A stretch of DNA of 64,000 nt, taken from NCBI GenBank assembly GCA_963693365.1, contig CAVNZM010000017.1:6004708-6068707 (forward strand), read 5' to 3'. This DNA comes from Amoebidium appalachense (taxonomy: Eukaryota > Protista > Ichthyosporea). Below are positions 50,103-62,735 of the stretch, in pieces. Position 1 is the first letter of the stretch, and every line of letters begins with the position of its first letter. The notes beneath the pieces were generated by a model. It did no database searches. It had not been told where the DNA came from and was given only the letters and a program-made list of their open reading frames with translations. Position numbers and translations under genes: made by a program.

Positions 50103-50570
50103 CACACACACGGTGCATTTCCCCCCTCCCCTTCCCTCTCCACAGAGCACACACACACACACGTGCACACATGCACACACACGGTGCATCCCCCCTCTCC
50201 CCCCCTTCCCTTTCAACTGAGCACATACACACACACAGACATACACACACACACAACATACACAGACATCCACACATCAGACACAGACACGCATACACAC
50301 ACACATGCACACACATGCACATATGCACACACAGACACACACACATGCACATGTACACTCACACATGCACACACGCACACACGCAAACACGCACATACAC
50401 ACACACATACAGATATGCACACACACACACAGTCTCTCTCTTTCTCTCCCTCCCTCCCTCCCTCCCTCCCCCCTCCCTCCCTCCCTCCCAACCATCCCTC
50501 CCTCCCTCCCTCCGTCCCTCCCTCCCTCCCTCCCTCCCTCCCTCCCTCCCTCCCTCCCTCCCTCCCTCCC

Positions 50571-50613
<43 letters not shown>

Positions 50614-50870
50614 ACACACATGCACATGCACATGCACATGCACATGCACATGCACACTCACATATGCACTCACACACACACGCAAACACACACACACACA
50701 CACACACATACAGACATGCACACTCTCTCTCTTTCTCTCTTTCTCTCCCTCCCTCCCCCCCCCCTCCCTCCCCCCTCCCTCCCTCCCTCCCTCCCAACCC
50801 TCCCTCCCTCCCTCCCTCACACATACACACATACACACACACGTACACACGTACACACGTACACATATAA
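49365..50870. repeat. Compound (CA)n / (CACATG)n / (CCCT)n region with internal duplications
   Basis: Block CACGGTGCATTTCC...CAACTGAGCACATAC occurs at ~49722 and ~50109; CCCT runs at ~50445-50570 and ~50745-50817. Confidence 0.9.
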
Positions 50871-51198
50871 CCCTCTCTTCTCTTATGTAGTTCGTAGGAA
50901 CGCTTGACAAAGGTACTACACGGGTGTTGGTTGGATGATGACAGTACATGTACCAGTGGGATAGATGCGGTCTACTCCAGGCAATGTACCAGTGTGTCGA
51001 TTGATTTAGCTAATATTAGATCTATGTTTAGCTGTGTGTTGTTTTTTCTCCTTTTTGTATTTAAGGCCTGGCCGGCCTCATAAAATGCTATCTAATCTTA
51101 CTCGAGATCGAGCTTTTTTGGCCTTGAAGGCCGATCTTAATAAAGTACTGTGAATGTGTCCCCTGATGAGGGACTCTAGTCGATATATCTGCAAAACG

Positions 51199-51231
<33 letters not shown>

Positions 51232-51503
51232 ACCCCCCCCACACACACACACACACACACGCACACACACACACACAAACACAAAAACAAACAAAAAAGA
51301 AAGAAAAAAAGAGCGAGAGAATCCTTGTTTCTCGTATGTTACCAGCACGTAAGCAAGTATTTTATTCATTCACAATACATTGTTAGGTATGTGTAGTATA
51401 TTATGGTGTTATTATTTTTTGGTTTACAATATGGTGTCCACATTCCCAATATATCGTTATTGTCGACCAACTACTATGGTAGTGTAATGCTATGATGACA
51501 ATT

Positions 51504-53156
51504 TGTGCATGCGTTACTTATAAGCATCGGGTTTTTTCACTAACTACCCACAGAGTAGCTTCTAGCACGATAAATTCACCACAAATTATAAGGGGAGATG
51601 GTGAATGTGCCCTTGGAGTACGAGGGCCACACGAAAAAAACACAACGTTGTAGCTCGAATAGAACCCCCCTTGTAGCATAGTATATGTACATGTGTTACT
51701 TACACATTATTGGTTTTTTCAATAACTACCCACAGAACAGCTTCTAGCACGAGACATTTACCACACAGTTTATGGGGGGGATGGTGAATGTGCCCCTGGA
51801 GTACGAGGGTCACACGAAAAAAACACAACGTTGTAGCTCGAATAGAACCCCCCTTCTAGCATAATATTTGTACATGTGTTACTTACACATTATTGGTTTT
51901 TTCAATAACTACCCACAGAACAGCCTCTCGCACGAGAAATTTACCACAAAGTTTATGGGGGGGATAGTGAATGTGCCCCTGGAGTACGAGGGTCACACGA
52001 AAAAAACACAACGTTGTAGCTCGAATAGAACCCCCCTTGTAGCATAATATATGTATATGTGTTACCTAGACATTATTGGTTTTTTCAATAACTACCCACA
52101 GAACAGCTTCTAGCACGAGACATTTACCACACAGTTTATGGGGGGGATGGTGAATGTGCCCCTGGAGTACGAGGGTCACACAAAAAAAAAACAACGTTGT
52201 AGCTCGAATAGAACCCCCCTTGTAGCTGATAATATATGTACATGTGTTACTTACACATTATTGGTTTTTTCGATAACTACCCACAGAACAGCTTCTAGCA
52301 CGAGACATTTACCACACAGTTTATGGGGGGGATGGTGAATGTGCCCTTGGAGTACGAGGGTCACACGAAAAAAACACAACGTTGTAGCTCGTATAGAACC
52401 CCCCTTGTAGCATAGTATATGTCCATGTGTTACCTAGGCATTTTTGGGTTTTTCAATAACTACCCACAGAACAGCCTCTAGCACGAGAAATATACCAAAA
52501 CGTTTATGGGGGGGGATGGTGAATGTGCCCCTGGAGTACGAGGGGCACACGAAAAAACCACAACGTTGTAGCTCGTATCGAACCCCCCTTGTAGCATAGT
52601 ATATGTACATGTGTTACCTAAACATTATTGGTTTTTTCAATAACTACCCACAGAACAGCTTCGAGCACGAGACATTTACCACACAGTTTATGGGGGGGAT
52701 GGTGAATGTGCCCCTAGAGTACGAGGGTCACACAAAAAAAACACAACGTTGTAGCTCGAATAGAACCCCCCCTGTAGCATAATATATGCACATGTGTTAC
52801 TTACACATTATTGGTTTTTTCGATAACTACCCACAGAACAGCTTCTAGCACGAGACATTTACCACACAGTTTATGGGGGGGATGGTGAATGTGCCCCTGG
52901 AGTACGAGGGTCACACGACAAAAACACAACGTTGTAGCTCGTATAGAACCCCCCTTGTAGCATAGTATATGTACATATGTTACCTAGACATTATTGGTTT
53001 TTCAATAACTACCCACAGAACAGCCTCTAGCACGAGAGATTTACCAAAACGTTTATGGGGGGGGATGGTGAATGTGCCCCTGGAGTACGAGGGTCACACG
53101 AAAAAAACACAACGTTGTAGCTCGTATAGAACCCCCCTTGTAGCATAGTATATGTA
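51504..53156. repeat. 183-bp tandem repeat (satellite), about 9 units
   Basis: Unit anchor ATGGTGAATGTGCCC at ~51598, 51781, 51964, 52147, 52332, 52516, 52699, 52882, 53066. No unique spacers. Confidence 0.96.
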
Positions 53157-55654
53157 GAACTGTTGATGTATGTGTATGCTATGCTACGAAACACCCTATA
53201 TATATGCGCCTATTAGAATCTGCACAAGCCAGGCCAGATTCACATCTCGTACTAGATACATGCACTAACTTTATTGTTGATGATTTGATAGATCTCGGTG
53301 ATTATGCTGGCGGTGGTAGGAAGGAATATCCCGATGCTCTCTTGTTACCAAACACCACTCCCGCTAGACTAGGTGAACCCCTGTCTCAAAAGGAAAGCTT
53401 GCGCCGGCTTGCTAGTATGAATCGATTTGGCCCCCCTGCTCGTATTATTGGTGATACCACTGGAGACCCCCTCATAGACTCTGATAAGTATTTCTCGGAA
53501 CTGTTTAAAGATAGGACCCCCGCTCAGAAACCTATTGTGTGGCCTGTAGACCCATCTATCCCCATAGAATCGATCCTCCCCTTTTTCAGTCCCGATGCCA
53601 TATGGTCTGTGATATCTAGTTATAGCTCTAGTAAGTCTTGTGGACCTGATGGACTGAGTCTCCCTGCTGGGTTTCTTAAAATCCTTGTTCCCTCCTACCC
53701 ACAAAAGGAAAGTGATCGTGCTATTAAACCTGATCTTACTATCATGTTAAGCTCTCTCTTTTCTTGGTGTGTTAAATGTGGACATGTCCCGTCATCTTGG
53801 TTAGATACCTTAGTGATCCCCATAGTTAAGAAGGACTCTGAGGGCCCCATATCATCCTTTCGCCCCATTACCCTAACCCAGGTTGTTCGTAGATTCTTTG
53901 AAGCTTGCTTACTTAGGTTATTTGCACATCACCCTAGGTTTCAATCTATTCTTCACATACACCCATGCCAATCCGCTTTTCGTAAAAACAATTCATGTTA
54001 TGTTCAAATAATGGCACTGCACGATTCTATGCAAGTTGGTGCACAATATGTTGGCTTTATTGATTGGAAAACTGCTTACGATTCTGTCTCCCCTGGTCTC
54101 CTATGGGAAAAGCTTGCTGCACGGGGTGTACCACACTGCATTGGTGTTCTGTTAGAAGCACTCTTGTCTCAAACCTATGGTAGAGCTGTGGTTAATGGGC
54201 ATCTTTCATATGGTTTTGCTCGTACTAGAGGTCTCTTGCAGGGTTCATTGCTTAGCCCCTTTTTGTTTAACCTATTTATAGATGATTTGGCTGTCAAGAT
54301 TTACGCCGAAAACGATGACCCTATTAATAACTTTCCGCCTGCACTTCTCTATGCTGATGATCTGTCCCTCCTTGCCCGTACCCCTAGACGCCTGCAAAGA
54401 TTGTTCGATGTAGTGTCAGAGTGGTGCAAGGCAAACCTTATGATCCTTAACATAGACAAATGTGGTGTTCTTGTACCTGATATAGCTAACAATTTACACA
54501 CATTTACATTATCATCTAAACCTGTACCTATAGTTCCAGAATACAAATATCTTGGTGTTCCGGTTGATTCTGTTGGTGTTATGTTTCCCCATATGGTCGA
54601 AAAGAGGGTAGAGTTGGCTCGTAAGCGGTTAGCTTTCTTCTCGGCTAATATTTTTAAAGACACACCCCTCCATCCTTCTATTAGACTTACATTTATTCGC
54701 ACTTTTGTCTTCCCGGCATGTGAATATGGTTTACCCCTTCTCGCCGCTTGGATCAAGAAAGAGAGAACTAGAGCGCTTAAACCCTTGGCAAATTTCCTTG
54801 AAGCAGAAGTTGCCTCCTTTCTATCTAACAACTGTTGTAAACCTGGGCCTGTAACGCTCTCGATATATGGTCTGGTCCCAATAGCTGCTAGAGTATCCTA
54901 TCTCGCGCTGAAATTCAATAAGCACATAAGCCGCTTAAAGAAGTATTTGCCCTCCCACCCTCTCTTCTCTATCCGACCTGTCCCCTCCTCACCTCTCCCC
55001 TCTTTCCTCCCCTCTCTCTCCCCTTCTCCCCTGGGCACAAATACAAATAAACCCCGCAATAGTGTGTGTGTGACTTTGGACTGCCACTTACTTATTAAAC
55101 ATGTACACAATCACAAGATAATCACGCAATATAACAAATGGAAAAAGATACCACACGACACTAGACCCGATGAAAGCATACACCTTGAAAAACTAAGCCT
55201 TATGTCTCGTTTTATATATACTGACCGCCTCAACCATATTGCCAAATATGGCACTCGCAAGTGTATAACACCTAAATACATATTACCTTCCTGTAGAACT
55301 GGTCTTTCTCTAGCTGATGGTATTATTGATCAATTACCACGCTTTTACTGTACACGTGCTATACAGTGGAGATCTAATAAGTATAAGGTGGCATCATTTG
55401 CATGCCCAAACAACACACACACACACCAGTTTAACCGGTCATGTATCGCCAAATGTAGTTTGATAGACCACATAATACCGCAACACACACACGTCACATT
55501 CACAACAGACACCCAGAAAGATAGCCTACCTGTAAATTACAACATCCTTGATTTTATACTAAACACGCGTAACTACGACCTGTTTATTAGATGTATTGAT
55601 TGGCTTGAGAAACACATCACTACAAAATTATAGCGCACGCGCACACACACACAC

Positions 55655-55707
<53 letters not shown>

Positions 55708-55739
55708 CCAGCTGATACCGAGTGTCCCGAGGGGAGCCC

Positions 55740-55786
<47 letters not shown>

Positions 55787-55983
55787 GGGGAACCCCAACT
55801 AATTGATTTCTCCTTGTAGTCTTTATGGTGTCTCGTAGAGAAAGTAAACCCTGATATATAGTCACCACCCGACATCTATGTACGTGATCATGATATACCG
55901 CTGAGGGGATATTCCGAGCAAACCCCCCCCCCCCCATACCTGAGACTGGTTCTCTTTGCCTCGAGTAAACAGCGTAAACCCCC
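53157..55983 (+). mobile_element. 5'-truncated non-LTR retrotransposon (LINE)
   Basis: RT ORF plus a 3' region shared with the copy at 41007-42007; both copies end at GTAAACCCC. Confidence 0.92.
53204..55633 (+). CDS. LINE ORF2 reverse transcriptase (809 aa; endonuclease absent, probably lost by truncation)
   Basis: KSCGPDG, FRPITL, QSAFR, FIDWKTAYDSV, GLLQGSLLSPFLFNLFIDDL, LYADD, YKYLG; Cys/His-rich C-terminal motif CPNNTHTHQFNRSCIAKC. Confidence 0.95.
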   Translation: MRLLESAQARPDSHLVLDTCTNFIVDDLIDLGDYAGGGRKEYPDALLLPNTTPARLGEPLSQKESLRRLASMNRFGPPARIIGDTTGDPLIDSDKYFSELFKDRTPAQKPIVWPVDPSIPIESILPFFSPDAIWSVISSYSSSKSCGPDGLSLPAGFLKILVPSYPQKESDRAIKPDLTIMLSSLFSWCVKCGHVPSSWLDTLVIPIVKKDSEGPISSFRPITLTQVVRRFFEACLLRLFAHHPRFQSILHIHPCQSAFRKNNSCYVQIMALHDSMQVGAQYVGFIDWKTAYDSVSPGLLWEKLAARGVPHCIGVLLEALLSQTYGRAVVNGHLSYGFARTRGLLQGSLLSPFLFNLFIDDLAVKIYAENDDPINNFPPALLYADDLSLLARTPRRLQRLFDVVSEWCKANLMILNIDKCGVLVPDIANNLHTFTLSSKPVPIVPEYKYLGVPVDSVGVMFPHMVEKRVELARKRLAFFSANIFKDTPLHPSIRLTFIRTFVFPACEYGLPLLAAWIKKERTRALKPLANFLEAEVASFLSNNCCKPGPVTLSIYGLVPIAARVSYLALKFNKHISRLKKYLPSHPLFSIRPVPSSPLPSFLPSLSPSPLGTNTNKPRNSVCVTLDCHLLIKHVHNHKIITQYNKWKKIPHDTRPDESIHLEKLSLMSRFIYTDRLNHIAKYGTRKCITPKYILPSCRTGLSLADGIIDQLPRFYCTRAIQWRSNKYKVASFACPNNTHTHQFNRSCIAKCSLIDHIIPQHTHVTFTTDTQKDSLPVNYNILDFILNTRNYDLFIRCIDWLEKHITTKL

Positions 55984-56351
55984 TCATGTTTATGTCCTAC
56001 TAATATGGATGTGATATGGGTAGGATATGATCTACATAATGTCAGTATATGTCCACCCTAATACCACGGTATTAGCAATGTACTGCGCATACAAGGACTA
56101 CACTCCGAACATGTTTGTTGAACATGTGTTGGCAATACATTCACAATATTGCAACTACATAGGTAAAGTGACCTGTTCTTTCATCCCCAATATTGTACCA
56201 ATGTATTGGCAATAAAATACACGCCCCATATTTTCGGTTGCTTTTACCTATTGATAATAGGTGCATAATAGTCTTGATATTGTGACGGATACATTGGCAA
56301 TACATTTGGACCGTATTGAGACCCGTTTTGAGATATTGCCAGTACATTACT
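55984..56351. repeat. Inverted, internally deleted copy of the AT-rich repeat
   Basis: 55984-56324 is the reverse complement of 47352-47692; 56324-56351 is the reverse complement of 47033-47060. Confidence 0.92.
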
Positions 56352-57261
56352 GCTTTTTACAGAATGATTCTGCTGCAGAATCGTTCTGCTAAAAGTAGAG
56401 TGATTCGAGCCTAGTCTAGGAATCTGCTTTGGAATTCTAGATAAAACTACATTCTTCTGGATCGATCTAAATCAACGGAGAAGCAAAGTTTAGCAGTTCT
56501 CATCCTGCAGCCCCAGCGAGTTTTATCTAGAATTCCAAAGCAGATGCGAACTGAAATATTTCAATATTAAGTCGCTGATCACGTGCCGGGATGGTCAGAT
56601 TTGGGGAGCCGCAAAGGATGACGCCGCGGTAACAAGCCATTGGTTCAAGGATGGTCAGATTTGGCGGGAGCCGCAAAGGATGGGGGGGCGGGTTGGTGCA
56701 ATGGTAAGATGATCTCTGCGTGTCAAGCTCAGAGTCGCAGGATCGATCCTGGTTACTTCCGATTTTTCTGCCTCGACGGTCCACCGGTCTGCCAGGGCCG
56801 CCCCCTAGAAGCCATCACCCCAGACCACGTCAAGCAGCACCACCAATTTGTTATCATCCGGCCGCAAGACATGACGTCATGAACAGCACCGGCCCTCTGA
56901 CGTCGACGGCGCGCCGCTTGGGCATCCCAGCCCAACGTTCACGTGGGAGACCAATCCGAGTCACCGGCCACGGTTCGGGTCAGCGTCCTGGGCATGGGGT
57001 CTTCCCCTTTCAAGTCTTTATGTTTGTGTATGTGTCCCGGGTCGCTCCCGCCTGGTGTTGTCAAAGTGAGCTGTGCTCACTTCCCCACTAGCGTTGCTGC
57101 GGCTAGAACCGTGGGATAAGGCGTAACTAAAAATAGTGCCAGTTGGGGTCAATTAGAATCCTGACTTATGAGTGTGTTATACAGTACGATCTGTGTCTAG
57201 GCGGAAGACGGTAAGCTCCCCTGAGGCAGTGCCTCGCCGGGAGTGAAACGGGATAAAATAA

Positions 57262-58800
57262 AAAAAAAGGTTGAAAAGAAGAGGGCTTAGGGCAGGGACC
57301 CTTGAAGTACCCCGCACGCGGGTAAATCCTGGGGATAGCCGCCCATTAACCACCGCTCGTCCGCGTGTTAACGTAAACATAGCTTCCAGTAGCCGACCCA
57401 TTTGGAATGGGACACCGCGAGTGGCCAACTTGGCCCACAGGCGAGGGAGGTCGACCGTGTCGTACGCGTTCTTAAATCGATAAATACGAGGTGCTCGGTA
57501 TCACTTTGAGTTGCATTATGTAGAGTGAGGATTTGTGCGTAACATGAGTGTCGATGCCGAAACGCCGCCTGAAGAGGGCTCAGCTGGGAAGCCTGCTTAA
57601 GGGTGGGGTTACGGGAAAAGGCCTGTAAAAGGCCACTTTCGAATAATCGGCGAAAAACGGACGTAAGGGTGAATCGGGCGAAATTCGTGAATGGGACCCT
57701 GTGCAACCGTTTTCTTGATGGGAAACACTAAGGTGGCTAGCCACTCCGAGGGAATTTTACCGACATCAGAATACCAGCTAAACAACTCGCTAAGAATACA
57801 TGTAAGTGGTGGCGGCGGGCCACGCTTTTCGTCTTTCTCGGGTCGGGGTGGGATGAGTACCATAAGTAGTGCCATAGGGATGCCGTCCGGCCCGCACGCT
57901 TTGCGGGACGGGTAACGGGAGACTAACTGCCATACCGCATCTGGGGTAAAGAGTTCCCCCAATTCAGCCCCAAACTCAGCCGGCCCCGCTGGCCACGCCG
58001 TGTGTGGGGGTGGTGGTGTGTCGGAGGGTGGAACAAAAACAGGAGGGGGCACCTGCCCCAGCTCCGTGGCCGTACATGTCGGGTTACGTTTAAACAGGGT
58101 GCCGTAAAAGGAATCGGTTGCAGATTCCGGGTCGGATGACGGGTCGACCGTTATTCGAATCGAATGATCGCCGCGATCAATCTTCGGCCGAATATTACCC
58201 AATCATGATACGGTAGAGGCTTACGTAAGGCAGCCTCCGCTCGAGGGCCGCGAGTGTGTGTAGTTCGTGCTTGTGGGTAAACTTGGGCACCTAAACAGGC
58301 ATATTCACCTATGTCCCACAAGGTTTCTCGTACTGTAGACCAGACGCTATCGACGAAGGTCTGGTCGGTGCGTAGCGGGGTTTGGCGTCCATCACGCACA
58401 AGCGATAATAGACTCGGTTGCACCGTCTGGAAAAAGAAGCGAGTGTCTGCTTGGCCGCGCTGGCTTTTAAGTTCGCGTAAGTCTGTAAGTGTGTTGTGGT
58501 GACGGCGTAGAAAGGCTAAGTGTAGTGCGAAAGACTATAGGTAGGTGGTCTGACGGTGGTGGGTGTAGGTTGTGGTGTACGTGTAAGGTGCAAGGACCAG
58601 AGGCTGCCCCCCAGTCCGTGCGGTGTTCTTGTACTACAGATGGAAGAGTAAGGCGTATTACTAAGGCTGTAACAAAAGTGTGAAAGGTTGGCGTGGTTGG
58701 GTGGTTGGGTTTAAGCTAAGGGCCTATGGGTGGCCGTGTATGGGGTGTGGGGTGGTAACTAGCGGGCTATTAAAGTCTCCTAACACTAGTGTGGATACGT
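57262..58800 (-). pseudogene. Degenerate LINE ORF2, N-terminal half (APE endonuclease remnant + RT up to the QG motif region)
   Basis: LVLGDFN and DHLPI (APE motifs); KACGPDGIP, WLATLVFPIKK, QAAFR, VFIDL, AYDTV, LSPLLFNLF; several frameshifts. Homologous to the 53204 ORF. Confidence 0.88.
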
Positions 58801-59044
58801 ATACCCAAGGGGGGAGGCAGGATACAGACAAAGAGAAAAAAAATATCCGAACAGTCCTTTTTTTCCCTTCAAATTGTTGCCCTCCCTCCAACACCGGCAC
58901 ACACGCACACAGCACCTTCCAGAATATTTTCGTCTCGCTTCGACGTTGAGCCAAAGCTCGGCAGAGCGTGGCATTACTAGTTGTCATATAACATGCACTT
59001 GATACGCCGTCACACCAGCCCGGAAGGTGGTCTTGGTAGTGTTA

Positions 59045-60325
59045 GGGGTTTACACACTTTTTATTGCGTGGACATTGCCGGAGGCCCAGCCACATTCGAC
59101 GGCCTACTGCGTTTTCCAGCACAGCCAATCAAATGCAGCCAGTGACATATGTACATGCTAGGCAACAATGAGCGCCATCGTAGGATCTGACACCCCTATT
59201 ACATATTATGGGTAAGCAGATGCTAGCATCGGTAGCTCCGACAGAAAGTTAAGGCACCGGATCACAATATCATACTGTGCAGCATTAATAAGGTGATCTA
59301 GGATAGTCATCTTAAAACGGATATATTGAGGAAGAGATGAAGAAAAGAGAATAAAACCGCCAATAACCTCCGGTTCTAATACATTAGCTAACAGGTTGCA
59401 TTTATTGATAGATATGCAGCCGCGAGTAAACCGCCCCCCACACATATTACACATACGAGCAGGAGACACCAGAAACCGATTACACCGCCAAGCCATAATC
59501 ATCTTTGCGTTTTTACACCACACCACATTACGAATAAACGAATCTATGTATGAACGAGACTCTCTAACCGTATCCGCCATATAGGCTACTAGTAGTTGGT
59601 GTTTGTGCGGTCCTAACACCGGAAGGGACTCAACACGTAGAGTAAAAAGATATCTATCAGCCATAGACTTGAAACTATTCATATTCACACTATGATCTAG
59701 CCGTACCTCCGGGGGGGTCGCCAGCCATTCCACATAGCGCTCGGCAATGGGCAGAGACGATGGGGAAGGGAAGAGGTACAGGGGCGAATCCGGCGGGGAT
59801 GCGTGTAGCCGGAAGAGCGGGTGGTCCGGGGCACAAGCGGACAGGCGGGTGATGTGCTCGTGAAATTTAAGGGCTAATTCGTGTACGCGTTGTGATGGTG
59901 GTGTGAGTGCGTAGAGAGAATCAAAAAGGCGTCTAGGGATAGGTGTGGAAAGACCAGTGAGAAACATACAACAAGTTGTGTAATGGAAATCATCTAATGA
60001 TTTGAGGACATTAGTAACAGTATCAGGGGGTGCCATAGCTAGTAAGGGCAACCCGTATTCCGACAAAGGGCGAATATATGTGCGAAATATACTAAGACGA
60101 TTGTATAGGTGGACAGTATGAGAAAGAGAAGCAAGATACACATCCCGAAATAACCGAAGACACCTGCCTGCACTCTCCACCCGACGGTCGATCATCCGTT
60201 TGAAACATATGCCCCATTCGTCCACCGGAATCCCCAAATACTTGTATTCGATTGGGCGAGGGAGGGGACTGCCGAAAATACAAACGTCGTCCCATGCCGG
60301 TATCGATTTTGATAAAACTGTCTGT
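59045..60325 (-). mobile_element. 5'-truncated LINE of a related family: ORF2 C-terminal part (stop at 59206) plus 3' UTR
   Basis: IEYKYLGIPVD...SEYGLPLLA...CNMCGGRFTRGCI...ILDHLIN, colinear with the C-terminus of the 53204 ORF. The 3' UTR reaches AATAAAAAGTGTGTAAACCCC. Confidence 0.88.
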
Positions 60326-61344
60326 ACCAGTGCGGCTCGCGTGACGTCACCAATCCATTCACAATGTTTATTCTGATTGGCGAACAGCTGATAATGCACA
60401 GGGATGATTGGGCATCGATGACAACATCAGGGTTGTTTGCGACATCATTCGCGAGTGCTCTTGGCTCCGACATTGCATACAAAGATATACGCAGAAAAAC
60501 GCATATGGATAAGAAAATGGCCAAAAATACATACATCCAGACATTTTTGCCTACAAGAAAACTACGTTTATTTTGCTTGGCGAAGCACGAACTTCACAAG
60601 TTGATTCAATGCCATTCTCAAGAGCAAAAAACGCCGCGCTCAAGCTAGGTTTTTAAGTAAATCGCATAACTTTCCGTCCATTTGATTTTCGGACCAAATG
60701 CAAATGTAGCTTGGGGGTTTTTATGGTACAAAAGCAAAATGATTCAGCCCATCTAATGGGGGTTCAATTCAGATATGTTTGGTAAACATTTATAATATTT
60801 CCGTATTCCTCCTTGAACCCGCCTCATTGTGGAGGAGTGTAAATTTGCTCTCAACAATTACACAACCGTTAGATGGGGCGGCCGTCGCACAACACACACC
60901 CTTCGAATTCAGTGCACCGTGACAGCTTCGTACCCAAAACACGTTGTGGTCCAACCCCTTTCAGTACCAGTTATCTTTATATGAGAACGAGAAAAGAAAG
61001 AAGGGGCTGAAGGTTTTACTCTATGTTGAACTTTGTTTTTATGGATCTGCTGTTGTAAGTAGTTTATATGTACAAAGGAAAGCTAAGCTGCTTCATGCTC
61101 TGTTAGCTATTGTTTGTGGTAGAACATCGTGGTTTATAAAAGTATGTGCAGCTCATAGCCGGTGAAGCAGAAGGTTGGGGCAATTTTTTATCTTCTAGCC
61201 TTTGAGTGAGCGAACTATTAACAAATTTTCCAGGCACTTTTGAGTCTTACTCTACGCAGTTGGCTGCCCTTAACACAGGCACTTTTGCTCCAATATTAGA
61301 GATCTATTGGCTATATTTGGTAGAGCAAGCTCACCGGCACGAAA

Positions 61345-62395
61345 ATGGGTGTTGCTTCATCCCAAGAGATGCCCGCGGGCGGATATAACGCAGTGATGCC
61401 TTTAGATGCCCCGTCTTTCGTTACAAGTAGCGGCGAAGGGAAGATACGAAAACCAGGTAATGTGTGTTACGGTGTGGTCATGTTGTACTGGGTCTGTGAG
61501 AACGGGAGAATAAAAAACGAGGTCTGTTGTGAAGTGGTGCATTCAGGTGCGTGTGTGAAAGCCACGCTGTGTATGGGTGGAGGATGGGCGTCAATGTGCT
61601 TGCGTATGTTTGAGTAATCACAACTTTCTATAATGCCACGTGTGTGCTTCCATTTTTTTTGGCGTGTGCGCATGAAAATAGGTTTGCTTTTGCTGTCTTT
61701 CGTCCGTATATGCCTATTTGTCTCTCTTGGTGCCTGCAACTTGCAATGTTGTTTGCTGTTGTCCCTTTCGACACACTGTGTTTGCCTGTTGGTTCTCGCT
61801 AAGCGAATACTGTGGCTTCTTCTGCATGGGCCTGGGCGTGCACATAACTTTTGTTTAACCAGCTTGTATGTTCGTTATCAATACTCGGAAGATTGTGTGG
61901 TCGATGAGCAATTCAGTGTGTTAACCAAAGCTACCCATGCCTGGTGATGGCTGTGCAGCACTCCTCCTCCTTGAATCTACTTCATTGTCCCCCATGTGCT
62001 TGGCCCAATTTAATCATCTAGGGTTCCTGCGTTTTGGTATTTGCGTATTGTCTGGTTGATTCCGTCGGGTTCTTACGACTCTCTCTCTCAGTACTCGAGA
62101 CGTTGTAATTATACCTACCCCCCCCCCCCCCCCCCCCCCCCTCCTCCCTTCTCCACGGCTCAAAGAAAAGAAGAAGAAAAGAGAAAAGGGGGGGGGGGGG
62201 GGGGAGAAGAGTGGGAGGGAAGAAGGGAGTGAGATAGAAAGGGAGATATAGAGAGAGAGAGAGGGAGCATTGCACATGTCTGACACTTTTTCCACCAGTG
62301 CTTGCATGGTGTCAGCTGTGCCGGCAGAGAGTCCCGGAGGCCGATCTCGAACGACACATGGTGGCCTGTCTATTTCCCAAAGGATACAACGGTTG

Positions 62396-62473
<78 letters not shown>

Positions 62474-62490
62474 CCCCACCACCTCCCCCC

Positions 62491-62526
<36 letters not shown>

Positions 62527-62704
62527 ACTCCCATCCCCTTACACACACACACACCTTCACCACCAAACAAGCGCGCATGCGCACGCGCGCACACACACAC
62601 ACACACACATACATTCCACACTACCCCATGCCCTAAATAGGCTGTAGAGTGGTGTCTTCCTGTTAACTGCTGGTCCCCGCGCCCACCTCCCGTCCCCCCC
62701 CCCT

Positions 62705-62735
<31 letters not shown>

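Noticed and set aside
49090-50949. Long His-Thr / Cys-Val / poly-Pro ORFs here and throughout the window
   Set aside because: These are translations of microsatellites and homopolymers that lack stop codons; no domain evidence.
51155-51200. Possible hammerhead ribozyme (CTGATGA)
   Set aside because: No GAAA follows a stem II (GATA instead), and CTGATGA sits inside a simple GTCCC/GGGAC hairpin.
51504-53156. CRISPR-like or spacer-bearing array next to a reverse transcriptase
   Set aside because: Units are similar along their whole length with no unique spacers, no cas genes are present, and the RT is a standard LINE type in eukaryotic context.
53204-53600. Naturally endonuclease-free (Penelope-like or telomeric) RT
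   Set aside because: Motifs are LINE-type, and the paralogue at 57262-58800 has APE motifs just upstream of the homologous region, so the absence is best explained by 5' truncation.
61959-62020. Extra exon of the ZNRF-like gene
   Set aside because: Weak donor context and no family-like sequence; exons 1 and 2 already join in phase.
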